From NCBI GenBank assembly GCA_002269645.1, contig NIVC01003683.1, positions 1 through 64,000 of the forward strand: a stretch of DNA of 64,000 nucleotides, written 5' to 3'. This stretch comes from Macrostomum lignano. Lineage: Eukaryota. Under the pieces are notes generated by a model, which saw only the letters and a list, made by a program, of their open reading frames with translations, did not search any database and was not told where the DNA came from. Made by a program: the position numbers and the translations under genes. Positions 23,776 to 38,897 of this stretch are shown one piece after another. The stretch's first letter is position 1, and each line of letters starts with the position of its first letter.

Positions 23776-23970
23776 AGAGGAGCAACAAAAAAACCGACAG
23801 ACAAAAAATATTTTTCTGTTAAAAATTTATTAAAATAAAATATTTAAACTACTTTTAATCTATTTTTAGTTTACAAAAACTAGCCTTAATCCCTATGTTA
23901 ACGGAAACTTAAAGTTGTCGGTTCAATTGGTTGGCAACACTTTTAAGAGCTCTGATGCTGAATTGCGAGC

Positions 23971-26564
<2,594 letters not shown>

Positions 26565-27037
26565 CCTTTGATTTTTTTCTCTGCGAAAAACGAATTTTAT
26601 CAAAAGCACTTACCGTAAATGGCTAGTCAGTTAACTTTAATCACCTCTTTCATTTCAATAGGCAGAGCTGACTACATGCCATAGACAGGGGCGTCGCCAT
26701 GGATTTTATGGTGGGGGTACAAAGCCAAGAATTCTACATGCACATGTACGCTCGTACATGTTATTTTTAGAATTGGTGTTGCCAGCGCTCGGTGATCATT
26801 TTGGCGCTGCAGGTGCTGTTTTTCGCCCTGAAGCAAAATTACTGATTTCCATAAGGGGACACAAGGTTGGGAAGGGGGACATAGAATTGGCATATGCCGG
26901 CCCCCATATCTTTTACAGAGCAGGGCAGCCAAAGACCCCTCAGTTTGATTTGGGACTCGTCAATCCGGCCCGCTCACGGTTTGTGTCTCTTCTCAGCTCT
27001 CAATTCCAGCTAAAAGTTTGCCAACGAAGTTTCGCCT

Positions 27038-27392
27038 GAAGGTTGTTGGGCGATTCACCACCGATGAGAGTCAGCCCCCTCAGCAACAGAGTGTACATGT
27101 ACAGGCCTGAAGGTTGTCGGGCGATTCACCACCGATGAGAGTCAGCCCCCTCAGCAACAGAGTGTACATGTACAGGCCTGAAGGTTGTCGGGCGATTCAC
27201 CACCGATGAGAGTCAGCCCCCTCGGCAACAGAGTGTACATGTACAGGCCTGAAGGTTGTCGGGCGATTCACCACCGATGAGAGTCAGCCCCCTCGGCAAC
27301 AGAGTGTACATGTACAGGCCTGAAGGTTGTCGGGCGATTCACCACCGATGAGAGTCAGCCCCCTCAGCAACAGAGTGTACATGTACAGGCCT
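27038..27392. repeat. 71-bp tandem repeat, 5 near-identical copies
   Basis: Unit GAAGGTTGTCGGGCGATTCACCACCGATGAGAGTCAGCCCCCTCAGCAACAGAGTGTACATGTACAGGCCT, starting at 27038, 27109, 27180, 27251 and 27322. Confidence 0.95.
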
Positions 27393-28344
27393 TACGATTA
27401 GACAGTTAAATGTCTGATGTACTTTCTGTACACTCCAGCTCTGCTCAGGAGTCAGCGTCAGCGCTTGTTGTGTGAAACTTTTGAAGTCTCATGTACCATC
27501 ATTTGAAAATTTGGAGCTATAAGGATGAGGCATCAGCCAAATGCAGTGTATTCTTATTGAGATTTTTATTGATTCTTAAAGCTCCTTAATTAACGTACGT
27601 CATTTATCTGTCTTCTGGATCATAAATCATTGGCTGCATTTTGATCACTACATGTACTACATGTACGAGAGCAGACAGACCTTATTACGAACTCCAGGTT
27701 CCACAAGCACTACTAACAATTCAGTAGTAGAATGCCAACAATTGATTTAGCAAATAATTCAGCCATTTTTAAAACAATTTTCTCAACGAATTTGACACAG
27801 AATTTATCAAATAGCGCGCATCCCTGTAATTGTGTACTTGTGTGCATATTTATTTATGCATAATAATAAATAGAAATTGCAGAACAATTTAAATTGGCAA
27901 GCTAATGAATGCCAATTATGAATAATACATTAATTAATATTAGCGCAATATGTATACATATGTAATAGATTCCGAGTGTGCTCAGCATATTTATAAAATA
28001 TGATGTACTACTATCAATAGCCTATTCTGTATATAGAGAATTTCCACACCGCCGATATACAGCTGCGTTAGCATATATTTTATGTATATAGAGATTATTC
28101 GAAAGTGCAGAATAGCAGGAAAGACTGCGGCTATATAACAGCCATTAGCGGCAATGGGTGTAGCTGTACTCATAAAAGAAGAAACCTTTGCAAGTTTTGC
28201 AAGAGAAAGGTGATGACCTGTGCCGATCGGCAGTTCAGATGTACAGATTTACAGATTTTTTATACACTGACTTAAAGATTAAATGTGTTCTATTTTAATT
28301 ATAGAACAGATGGCGCAATGCGGAATAACCCTTCAGGCAATCTT

Positions 28345-29815
28345 AGATAGCTAACTAGTAGATATTCACCTTTCATGTAGCTAATTAGTCAATATTCAGG
28401 TAGCTAACTAGCCAATATTCAAGTAGCTAGTTAGCCAATATTCAGGTAGCTAATTAGCCAATATTCAGGTAGCTAATTAGTCAATATTCAGGTAGTTAAT
28501 TATTCAATATTCAGGTAGCTAATTATTCAATATTCAGGTAGCTAATTATTCAATATTCAGGTAGCTAATTATTCAATATTCAGGTAGCTCACTAGTCAAT
28601 ATTCAGGTAGCTAATTAGCCAATATTCAGGTAGCTAATTAGTCAATATTCAGGTAGTTAATTATTCAATATTCAGGTAGCTAATTATTCAATATTCAGGT
28701 AGCTAATTATTCAATATTCAGGTAGCTCACTAGTCAATATTCAGGTAGCTAATTATTCAATATTCAGGAAGCTAATTAGCCAATACTCAGGTAGCTAATT
28801 AGCCAATATTCAGGCAGCTAATTAGTCAATATTTAGGTAGCTAATTAGCCAATATTCAGGCAGCTAATTAGTCAATATTTAGGTAGCTAATTAGCCAATA
28901 TTCAGGTAGCTAATTAGCCAATATTCAGGTAGCTAATTAGCCAATATTCAGGTAGCTAATTAGCCAATATTCAGGTAGCTAACTAGTCAATATTCAGGTA
29001 GCTAATTATTCAATATTCAGGTAGCTAATTATTCAATATTCAGGTAGCTAATTATTCAATATTCAGGTAGCTCACTAGTCAATATTCAGGTAGCTAATTA
29101 TTCAATATTCAGGTAGCTCACTAGTCAATATTCAGGTAGCTAATTAGCCAATATTCAGGTAGCTAATTAGTCAATATTCAGGTAGTTAATTATTCAATAT
29201 TCAGGTAGCTAATTATTCAATATTCAGGTAGCTAATTATTCAATATTCAGGTAGCTCACTAGTCAATATTCAGGTAGCTAATTATTCAATATTCAGGAAG
29301 CTAATTAGCCAATACTCAGGTAGCTAATTAGCCAATATTCAGGCAGCTAATTAGTCAATATTTAGGTAGCTAATTAGCCAATATTCAGGCAGCTAATTAG
29401 TCAATATTTAGGTAGCTAATTAGCCAATATTCAGGTAGCTAATTAGCCAATATTCAGGTAGCTAATTAGCCAATATTCAGGTAGCTAATTAGCCAATATT
29501 CAGGTAGCTAACTAGTCAATATTCAGGTAGCTAATTATTCAATATTCAGGTAGCTAATTATTCAATATTCAGGTAGCTAATTATTCAATATTCAGGTAGC
29601 TCACTAGTCAATATTCAGGTAGCTAATTATTCAATATTCAGGTAGCTAATTATTCAATATTCAGGTAGCTAACTAGTCAATATTCAGGTAGCTAATTATT
29701 CAATATTCAGGTAGCTAACTAGTTAATATTCAGGTAGCTAATTAGTCAACATTCAGGTAGCTAATTAGTTAATATTCAGGTAGCTAATTAGCCAATACTC
29801 AGGTAGCTAATTATT
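28345..29815. repeat. 23-bp minisatellite (AATATTCAGGTAGCTAATTAGCC) with a higher-order duplication
   Basis: About 60 units. The rare variant TATTCAGGAAGC recurs at 28761 and 29290. Confidence 0.95.
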
Positions 29816-29951
29816 TAGTGACATATTTGAAATCAATCAATGGCTAATTATCGCTCAGCCTAGAAGGCAAAGAAGAGGAATTATATAAAACTTATAAATT
29901 GGAACAATGAGAATCAATTACCCCAGCTTAAATGAATTATTTTGCAGAATA

Positions 29952-31772
29952 CTAAACGCCATTCCGCGCGGCTAACAGTGGCTCCGTGTCCATCAGCATC
30001 TGCCGCTTCTGCAACAGTTCCGCAGAGTTCGGCGGCAGTCGCTCAGCCAGCCGAGTCAAATCCATGACAGCTCGCAGGGCTGGCAGCCTGGCAGCCGGCA
30101 GCTCATGCCACAGCTCAGCCAGCAGGGCCTGATAAGCTTGCATTGTGGCGCTGTCCGCCCAGCTGTCCGGCAGGCCCGGCCGCAGTTGACGCTGGCAGAC
30201 AATTTCTTTCATTTCGTCAAAGCTCGGATCGATGCCAACAAATTCGTGATAGGGCAGGCCGTAGGGCCGCGCCGAGCCGGCCTCAGTGACCATGCGGATG
30301 CCGATCTCCCACAGCACCAGGCCCATGCTGTACACGTCAGCAGATTTATACGCCTCAAACTCGTGCCAGTTGAAGCTGTCAGCCAGCAGTTCCGGCGGCA
30401 TGTAGCGCTTAGTGCCAACCCGAGCGGACTTGGGCGGCATCTCGGGCGGCGCTTTCTCCCTAGCAACCACGGCCAGGCCGAGATCGGCTATGCAGCAGGT
30501 CAGGTTCTCCTTCACTAGGATGTTCCTGGACTTCACGTCCCTGTGTGCGATGGCCGGCTTGCCGTGCAGGCCGCGAACCTCGGTGTGCAGATAGCAGAGG
30601 CCGGACAGGGCGCCCAGGGCCAGCTGAAGGCCCAGGCGGGCTGGCAGCGGCGGCTCCCGTTGAAGGAAGTCGTGCAGCGAGCCAAGCGGGTGGTACTCGG
30701 AGATCAGCCAGAACTGGGTGCAGCCCTCCCGGCTGGTAATGTCGCTAGCCCGGAATGTCAGTATACTCTCGTGGCCAAGCGGGAAGCTGGTGTACATCTG
30801 GCATTCCCGACGGAAGCTGGCCTCATCTCTGGAGCAGAAGATCTTCACGGCCAGACGGCCGCCCATGTACTGGCCGGCCCACACGGAGCCGTAGCGGCCT
30901 TGGCCGACCTGCCGGATCAGCTTGACCTGCTGGGCGACGCTGCGATCGAATAGGAACGGCACTCCCCGACCGCTGCCAGATGACAGGTCGAAACTGGCAG
31001 TCAGGGCGGAGCTGGTCAGCGCGGTGTCGGTCACGCACTGGCTGGATAGCGAGGCCGGCAGTCTGGGATCGGCGGCTGCTGCCACCGCAATTGGCGGCCC
31101 GTACGACTGCTGCTGGTAGCTGGACGAGGGCGAAACCACCAGAGCGCCGCCGCAGTCAGCCTGGCCGCCGAGGATCCCGATGTTGACGTTGCCTCTGCCG
31201 CCGCCGCCGCCTTTTCTTCGTTGACGACGCCTGAGGAACAGCAGGAATAGCAGCGCTAAACTGACTGCCAGGGCTACGGCCATCGCTGCCACCACGGCTA
31301 GCAGGGCTGCGTGCTCCGGCGTCAGGAAGGCGGCGGCGCCCGGCGATGCAGCCGAAGCGCTCCGGCCAGATGCCTGCCTGGTTGATGCAGCCGATGGCAG
31401 CCTGGCGGTCCTGCCGGCTTGGCCAATCTCGCCAATGTCCAAGCCGCTAGTGAGATTTCTATTGCAGAAGTCCGCATTGCCGCAGCAGAACACGTTTTGA
31501 GCGCCTTCGCCGGCCTGGAGTCGGCGGGCTTTGGATCGGCACTGCATTCTGTCCAGCTCGTGATGGCCCTCGGTTCGGTTGCTGAAGCAGCCCAGCTCGC
31601 TGCTGCCAGCTGTAGGGTGCAGCTTGGCGTAACAGCTGGAGGTCGTGGCGCACTGGCCTGCCGGGCAGTGCCTGGCATCTGGCGGCTGGCAGGCGCACAG
31701 GATCACCGTGGCGTTGCGGTCGCGCAGTCTGCTGCTGCCGCCGCCTGACATTTCTGGCCCTGGGGAAGCGGA
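29952..31772 (-). CDS. TGF-beta/BMP type I receptor Ser/Thr kinase, ALK1/ALK2/saxophone-like. Ectodomain, TM, GS box and kinase are in one exon
   Basis: Cys-rich ectodomain with CCGNADFCN box, TM segment, GS region SSGSGRGVPFL, GQGRYG, AVKIF, HRDVKSRN, DLG and GTKRYM. L45 loop ASDITSREGCTQ resembles ALK2 ASDMTSRHSSTQ. No signal peptide in this exon; acceptor TTGCAG at 31773. Confidence 0.92.
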   Translation of the reverse strand, partial: SASPGPEMSGGGSSRLRDRNATVILCACQPPDARHCPAGQCATTSSCYAKLHPTAGSSELGCFSNRTEGHHELDRMQCRSKARRLQAGEGAQNVFCCGNADFCNRNLTSGLDIGEIGQAGRTARLPSAASTRQASGRSASAASPGAAAFLTPEHAALLAVVAAMAVALAVSLALLFLLFLRRRQRRKGGGGGRGNVNIGILGGQADCGGALVVSPSSSYQQQSYGPPIAVAAAADPRLPASLSSQCVTDTALTSSALTASFDLSSGSGRGVPFLFDRSVAQQVKLIRQVGQGRYGSVWAGQYMGGRLAVKIFCSRDEASFRRECQMYTSFPLGHESILTFRASDITSREGCTQFWLISEYHPLGSLHDFLQREPPLPARLGLQLALGALSGLCYLHTEVRGLHGKPAIAHRDVKSRNILVKENLTCCIADLGLAVVAREKAPPEMPPKSARVGTKRYMPPELLADSFNWHEFEAYKSADVYSMGLVLWEIGIRMVTEAGSARPYGLPYHEFVGIDPSFDEMKEIVCQRQLRPGLPDSWADSATMQAYQALLAELWHELPAARLPALRAVMDLTRLAERLPPNSAELLQKRQMLMDTEPLLAARNGV

Positions 31773-31829
31773 CTGCAAGGCAACGGGGGTCGGCACGGAG
31801 CTTAAATCTCTAGATTTATCCTCTAATAG

Positions 31830-32052
31830 GAGGGTATGGGATTATCCTCTAATAGATAAGGGGAAGCGGATTATCCTTTCTAATAGACAGGGGGCAGCGG
31901 ATTATCCTCTAATAGACAAGGGGCAGCGGATTATCCTCTAATAGACAGGGGGCAGCGGATTATCCTCTAATAGACAAGGGAGCAGCGGATTATCCTCTAA
32001 TAGACAAGGGAGCAGCGGATTATCCTCTAATAGACAAGGGGAAGCGGATTAT
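31830..32052. repeat. 30-bp minisatellite (GGATTATCCTCTAATAGACAAGGGAGCAGC) upstream of the receptor main exon
   Basis: About 7 visible units. Confidence 0.93.
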
Positions 32053-33181
32053 GAGGTTTTGGAAAAAAAATTGAAACTAGACTTTATATTATCTAAAAAA
32101 CTAAAATATCGATCTAAAAAATGCTTTAACTGTTACTCAACACTAAAAGCAGGTAAATCTAAGAATGATTGACAGTTCTAAGACACGGAAATGGTAGCAC
32201 AAAAACAATGAATACAGCTCACTCACTGGATGCTCAAAAAATTCAGGAAGTGCGCCACAAAACGTTAGGGAGTTGTAAACAGGGAGTTAGAGGCAAACTC
32301 AAGTCAGTTTCTTAAGGCCCTGTTGAATGCTGGCAAAATCTATAGAGTATCAGATATAAAGGTGTCTCGCGCTGTCGCAGCTATTTAAAAAACGCACAGA
32401 GAGAGAGAGAGAGGAGGAGGTTGGGTTTGCAGGAACGGGCCAAGGCCAGGGGTTGGACGTCAAAGCCCGGGCAGTCACACGGTGGCTTGGCTCTGAAGAG
32501 AAGAAGGAAAGGTGTGAACAGCCACACTTGCGCGCGCGGCGCAAAAAAATGAGAAGACGGGGTGTTGCCTGAACGCTGCCGCCTTTACCCGTCTTCTGCA
32601 AGCGTCCTTCAGATTCTGGCTTCACACAATTTATTTTCTGCTGCTAGACAGAATAGAGAAAGGAATTCTTGATTCTGCCAGGCACCCGGGGGGGGGGGGG
32701 TTAGGTGTCGCTGGGGAGGGTTTCGGGGACTTGCCTTTCAAAGAAAATGACGACAGACCGGAGAAAAAGAAAGAGAGAGGGTGGGTGGGAGAGACAGAAT
32801 AAGCCGCCAATACCTTCTAAAAGAGCGCTCTCACCTTCGCAACCATAAGCTGACTGTGTGTCGCAATGTGGGGCCGCTAGCCAGTCAGGGTGGAGGTAGG
32901 GGTTGGGGAACTGACAGTCACAGCCCAGAGATCCAGAGAAGAGAGAAAGAAAAAAGAAAAAGAAGGCCACCAAAGTCAGGCAAGGCCTCTCTCTATATAT
33001 ATTAATATCTGGGTAATCCCATTACTCAATTCCTCACCTCTTTTCTGTTAATGCAGCTAACTAAACTTTAGCTTTATAATATATATATATATATATATAT
33101 GCATGCAGAATAATAGAGCCGCGTCAGTGAGTGAGCGAGTGCACATGAATTATAGTTTGGTGTGAGTGTCAACTAGGGAGG

Positions 33182-33215
<34 letters not shown>

Positions 33216-33475
33216 GTAGACCTCTTCTCTTCTCAACTAAAAAAACCTCTCTATATACCCTCCCTTCTCAATTGCCCAATATTGAGTAAACACAGTATAG
33301 AAAAGCAGGCTAGCTTAGGAAAATGAGTTAGGGTGAGAAGGAGAGGTGTGACGCGCAGACAGTTAGAGAGTTTGAAGAGAGTCCAAGTGGTACAGTGAAG
33401 CCTGCATGCGAAATTGAGAACAGCGTGAATAAATAGCCCCCCTTCCTTCCCCAAGCACTGCTTTGCCTGCCTCAC

Positions 33476-33550
33476 CTCACCAATACCCAGCGCAGTGGAC
33501 AAAGAGGCGCGAGAGAGCTGGGGAAACAATAGCCATGCAGTGAGTAGCAT
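33476..33550 (-). CDS. Candidate first exon (signal peptide) of the type I receptor: MLLTAWLLFPQLSRASLSTALGIGE
   Basis: ATG, hydrophobic N-terminus and phase-0 donor GAG|GTGAGG, compatible with the phase-0 acceptor at 31773. Inference only. Confidence 0.4.
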
Positions 33551-33924
33551 TGAAGCCAGCTGGAGTGCCGTGAAAAAAGAGCGCGAACCTAATGCAATGC
33601 AATGCCGTTCTCAAACCAATGTGCAGACTTTGTGTAGACTGTTCCGGTTTCTTTTTTCAATTTTTATTGCGCCAATTACTTTAGCTGAGCCATGAGCTCT
33701 TCAATTCTTTCGCCGCTCTCTCTCTCTCTGTTTGAGAAAGAAAAGCAGCTTACCTAGAGTAAAAAAATAAAAAACTAATCAAATTGATTAACTATGACCC
33801 AACCCTTTCAGAGCACGTATTGTCGCATTAACCGCGTTCCGTCACGACTGGAAGGCAGACTAGAGATAATGAGACTGAGGCTTCTCAGCACGCCCAGCAC
33901 TTCTCTGTTGACAGAACGCCGCTT

Positions 33925-34580
33925 CCCCAGCGCAGCACCCCTTCTAGCGCAGCAACTCTCCTTCTAGCGCCCCCAGCACCCCTTCTAGTGCAGCAACTCT
34001 CCTTCTAGCGCCCCCCAGCACCCCTTCTAGCGCAGCAACTCTCCTAGCGCCCCCAGCACCCCTTCTAGAGCTCCCAGCATCCTTTCTAGAGCACCCAGCA
34101 CCCCTTCTAGCGCCCCAAGCACCCTTCCTAGCGCCTGAGCACTCCTTCTAGCGCCCCCAGCACCCCTTCTAGCGCAGCAACTCTCCTTCTAGCGCCCCAA
34201 GCACCCTTCCTAGCGCCCGAGCACTCCTTCTAGCGCCCCAAGCACCCTTCCTAGCGCCCGAGCACTCCTTCTAGCGCCCCAGCACCCCTTCTAGCGCAGC
34301 AACTCTCCTTCTAGCGCCCCCAGCACCCCTTCTAGCGCAGCTGCAGCAACTCTCCTTCTAGCGCCCCAGCACCCCTTCTAGCGCAGCAACTCTCCTTCTA
34401 GCGCCCCAGCACCCCTTCTAGCGCAGCAACTCTCCTTCTAGCGCCCCAAGCACCCTTCCTAGCGCCCGAGCACTCCTTCTAGCGCCCCGGCGCCTCTTCT
34501 GGAGCAGCCAGCAGCCCTCCTAGCGCAGCCAGCACCCCTTCTAGCGAAGCAACTCCCCTTCTAGCGCCAACTCTCCTAAA
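33925..34580. repeat. C-rich composite minisatellite (AGCACCCCTTCTAGCGC / AGCAACTCTCCTTCTAGCGC)
   Basis: Directly visible, irregular units of about 18-22 bp. Confidence 0.9.
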
Positions 34581-34974
34581 CAAAGATCTAAACACAATTG
34601 GACACAGCTTTCGCCTCTGAAATATTTTACAAGGCACACTCAAAAACATCAACATTATAAAGTGAGACGATAGACAGCGAGGCGCCCCGACCAGAGTATG
34701 AGTGAAATTTTATAGCCAGTCTTACACCACAGCTAGTAAAATTTTAGCACTTAAACGACTGTATCAAGAGCTACGATTCAACAGTTTTACAGACCACAAA
34801 AACAGAGTGTGGAGCAATTATAAGTTATTGCTTATAAGTTTCTTCCGTCATTTATAGTCTCACACTATTTCTTGAGTGTTTACTCGTCATCATAAAACAA
34901 GCTTTACTGCTTTTTATACACTCGCAAGCATTGCAGTACTGTCTGTTTGCTTGTTTTAGGCTGTTTACCTTCAG

Positions 34975-36310
34975 ATATTTCAGGGCCAAGCTAATATCTA
35001 ACCTCAGATCCTTAAGGGACAAGCTAATACTACCCTCAGATTCTTTAGGGACAAGCTAATACTACTCTCAGGTCTTTCAGGGACAAGCTAATACTACCTT
35101 CTGATCCTTCAGGGACAAGCTAATACTACCCTCAGATCCTTCAGGGACAAGCTAATACTACCCTCAGATCCTTCAGGGACAAGCTAATACTACCCTCAGA
35201 TCCTTCAGGGCCAAGCTGCTGCTACCTACCCTCAAATACTTCAGGGCCAAGTCTATACCTACCCTCAGATGATACTTCAGGGCCAAGTCTATACCTACCC
35301 TCAGATACTTCAGGGCCAAGTCTATACCTACCCTCAGATGATACTTCAGGGCCAAGTCTATACCTACCCTCAGATACTTCAGGGCCAAGTCTATACCTAC
35401 CCTCAGATGATACTTCAGGGCCAAGTCTATACCTACCCTCAGATACTTCAGGGCCAAGTCTATACCTACCCTCAGATGATACTTCAGGGCCAAGTCTATA
35501 CCTGCCCTCAGATGATACTTCAGGGCCAAGTCTATACCTACCCTCAGATACTTCAGGGCCAAGTCTATACCTACCCTCAGATACTTCAGGGCCAAGTCTA
35601 TACCTACCCTCAGATGATACTTCAGGGCCAAGTCTATACTTACCCTCAGATACTTCAGGGCCAAGCTACTGCTACCTACTCTCGGATACTTCAGGGCTAA
35701 GCTGCTCCTACCTACTCTCAGATACTTCAGGGCGAAGCCTATACCTCTCTCAGATACTTCAGGGTGAAGCCTATACCTCTCTCTGATACTTCAGGGTCAA
35801 GCTGCAACCTACTCTCAGATACTTCAGGGTCAAGCTGCAACCTACTCTCAGATACTTCAGGGTCAAGCTGCAACCTACCCTCAGATACTTCAGGGCCAAG
35901 CTGCAACCTACTCTCAGATACTTCAGGGTCAAGCTGCAACCTACTCTCAGATACTTCAGGGTCAAGCTGCAACCTACTCTCAGATACTTCAGGGTCAAGC
36001 TGCAACCTACTCTCAGATACTTCAGGGTCAAGCTGCAACCTACCCTCAGATACTTCAGGGCCAAGCTGCAACCTACTCTCAGATACTTCAGGGTCAAGCT
36101 GCAACCTACTCTCAGATACTTCAGGGTCAAGCTGCAACCTACTCTCAGATACTTCAGGGTCAAGCTGCAACCTACTCTCAGATACTTCAGGGTCAAGCTG
36201 CAACCTACCCTCAGATACTTCAGGGCCAAGCTGCTGCAACCTACTCTCAGACACACTTCAGGGCCAAGCTGCTGCAACCTACTCTCAGACACACTTCAGG
36301 GCCAAGCTGC
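34975..36310. repeat. 32-36 bp minisatellite in three sequential variant zones
   Basis: CAGGGACAAGCTAATACTACCCTCAGATCCTT, then CAGGGCCAAGTCTATACCTACCCTCAGAT(GAT)ACTT, then CAGGGTCAAGCTGCAACCTACTCTCAGATACTT. Confidence 0.95.
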
Positions 36311-37907
36311 TGCCTGGCAATGCAGTCAGAAGAAAATAAAACGGGGTTAAATGAGGCCAAGCCAAAATTTTTGGTGCGAAGTCAAATTTTAGAGTAGGAG
36401 TATGGTCGATCCGATTCCTTAACACTGCGCCTAGCTTACGCCTTGAGGCTGCAGTAGGATGGTGCAACGTTTTAAAAGTAAGCGGTCACAGAAGGCGTTA
36501 AAACTGCTACCGAAGCCTCCCATACCAGTCAGCCAGGACGTGCAGCTGGGCCCATTTGATGACGAAAAAGCCCCCACCGCCTGCTCTCCGATGCAGCCTG
36601 GTGTTTTTTACTAAAATGCGCAGATGGTAGCGCTAAAGCCACCGCCAACCACTGGCCTTTTGCAGTCAAGCCCGGCTGGCCATCTATCAGTTCAGAGGCG
36701 GCGCAAAGCGAAATACACAGATATATAAGGCAGCTGGGGAAGTGTGGAAAGCTTTCATCGCGCCGAAGCCGGATGGGATAGAGACACCACCCCCCTCCCT
36801 CCTAGCGAAGCAGTAAAACGCCGAAATACAAAATTTCCCTTCAATTTTGTCCCCCCCCCCTCTGCTACCCTCTTCCTCGACAGCCTCCCGCCCATTTGCT
36901 TTTTACGATCGCCATTTAAACTTTAACGCCTGGCGGGTTTGGGCTAGCGTTACCAACAATTAGCGAAAATATGCTCTCCATCTTCTGGCATGGAGATGAA
37001 GCCGTCAATGCCCTAGGGCTTGATCCTGGGACTTTACACTCTCCACTTAGTTTGAAAAGGGTTATTTGGTGTTTGATACTCCAGTAGAAGTGGCGCTGCA
37101 CACCTGACATCTGGAGGCCAGGGGACCAGCAATCAGTGTCCCAGATGTGCAACTGGAAATACCTTTTTAAGAAGCTATTAAAGCCATTATTTGTCAGACA
37201 GAGAGGCAGTGTTTCCTGAACCCAAGGCATCTTTTAGGTGATTTTGCGCACTTTTTTTCTGACCCAAAGATGTTGCAGAAGTCTGCAGACTCCAGGTTTA
37301 CAGATTACTTAACTTTGACAGCTACTAGAAGCCTAGAAATCACTGAAATCCTAAATAATTGTAAAAGCACTGATGCTCCAAATGAAATATGAATAAAATT
37401 TAAGATGCAAAAATGTTAATGTATCATTTTAATGTTTCTATGATAACCAGCTCAGAAGTGCTACAGAAAATTTCATAATTTTAACTTTTCTTATTCATTA
37501 ACACCTTTCTTTACTTTGGTATGCTTTTGAATTGAGGTTCAAATATATAATCTTATAGTTAGCTTCTAATATTTTAATAAAGGTTTATATCATAAATATG
37601 AAATTAAGAGCATATTTCCAATACAAGCTCCAATATCTAATAATGTTGGCCACTCTAGACCAATACAGCCTTGGATTTCATAAATAGGGAGTAGAGCAGA
37701 AGAGAAATGAATGAATCTTGCCAGTTTTAAAGCTTTTGTAAAGGGAACTTAGAGTCCACTAGAGTCAATGTCTCAAGCAAGAGATTTTCAATTCCATGTG
37801 CATCTAATGGTTAGGATTAGTAGGCTAAAGTTGATATGAATATAGCCCTAGTCATTCTTATAAAATATAATAAATGAGACACTATTATTGAACAATAGGT
37901 CAATATA

Positions 37908-38023
37908 TGAGGGGTATCCTAAAAATTCCCAGAATTTCTTTCATAGCTTTGCAATCCATAGCTCAATTTTCATGTTTATAAATAAAAGTTAAAGATAATG
38001 AATAAATTCATGATAAAGATAAT
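37908..38023 (+). mobile_element. Degenerate mariner-type terminal fragment
   Basis: TA|TGAGGGGTATCCTAAAAATTCCCAGAAT matches the TIR at 57502 at 23 of 28 positions. Confidence 0.6.
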
Positions 38024-38897
38024 CAGTGGCAGATCTAAAATTTCTTTTTGAGGGGTAGTCCAAGTTTGGGACATATACAAGTACATGCCCAACACCTATC
38101 TGATCCATCCAAACTGGATGGGTAAAATGGCCCTTGGTCCAGGTAAGTTGCAAAATCAAAAATGCAAAAAATGAAAAATTCAGAGAAGAAAAAAAGTAAA
38201 GGAAGAGAAAAGGAAAAGAAAGGAGGGAAAAAGAGAGAAAGGAAAGAGGAAGGAGAAAGAGAAAGAAAAGAAAAAAAGGCAAGAAAAGTCATATACAAAG
38301 TGAAAATTAAATTGCAATTGGGGGAACTATGTTGCAATTGAGAGGAACTAAGTTGCAATTAGGAAAAACTAAGTTGCAATTGGGAGGAACTAAGTTAAAA
38401 TTGGGAAAAACTAAGTTGCAATTGGGAGAAACTAAGTTGCAATTGGGAAGAACTAAGTTGCAATCGGGAAAAACTAAGTCGCAATTGGGAGGAACTAAAG
38501 CACAATCAAGAGGAACTAAGTCGCAATTGGGAGAAACTAAGTCGCAAATCTAGACAAAACTAAGTTGCACTAGATAGGTGAAATTTTGAGGTTGGACATG
38601 TATATTGGGACATCAATATCAACATGAAAGGTGCCAATTTTTTAGCTTTGATTTAAGCTTAATTTTTTGATCTTACAATTTTTATACATGAAAAGGTGCA
38701 AAAATGCATTTAAAGAGCTAAAATCAAGCTTAAAAGGTGCAAAAATGCCTGAAAGGGGCAAACAATGTGTGTAAGGGTAAAAATCAAGTTTTAATGGTGC
38801 AAACTTGGTTTTGGGGGTGCAATATACTCTATCAAGCTATTTTAAGGGGGAGGGATGGCCACCCCAACCTCTTTCTCCCTCCCTAAATCTGCCCCTG
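38024..38897. mobile_element. hAT-like non-autonomous element with an internal 21-bp repeat (AACTAAGTTGCAATTGGGAGG, 38320-38570)
   Basis: Ends CAGTGGCAGATCTA and TAAATCTGCCCCTG are inverted. Flanks AAGATAAT / ATGATAAT give a 7-of-8 match, consistent with an 8-bp TSD. Confidence 0.65.

Noticed and set aside
27038-27392. Regularly spaced repeats as a possible CRISPR array (also considered for the other arrays)
   Set aside because: Units are contiguous with no unique spacers, there are no cas genes, and the context is eukaryotic.
36916-37260. Possible decayed TE ORF with several TAA/TAG stops
   Set aside because: No recognisable domain motif, so neither identity nor mutation polarity can be supported.
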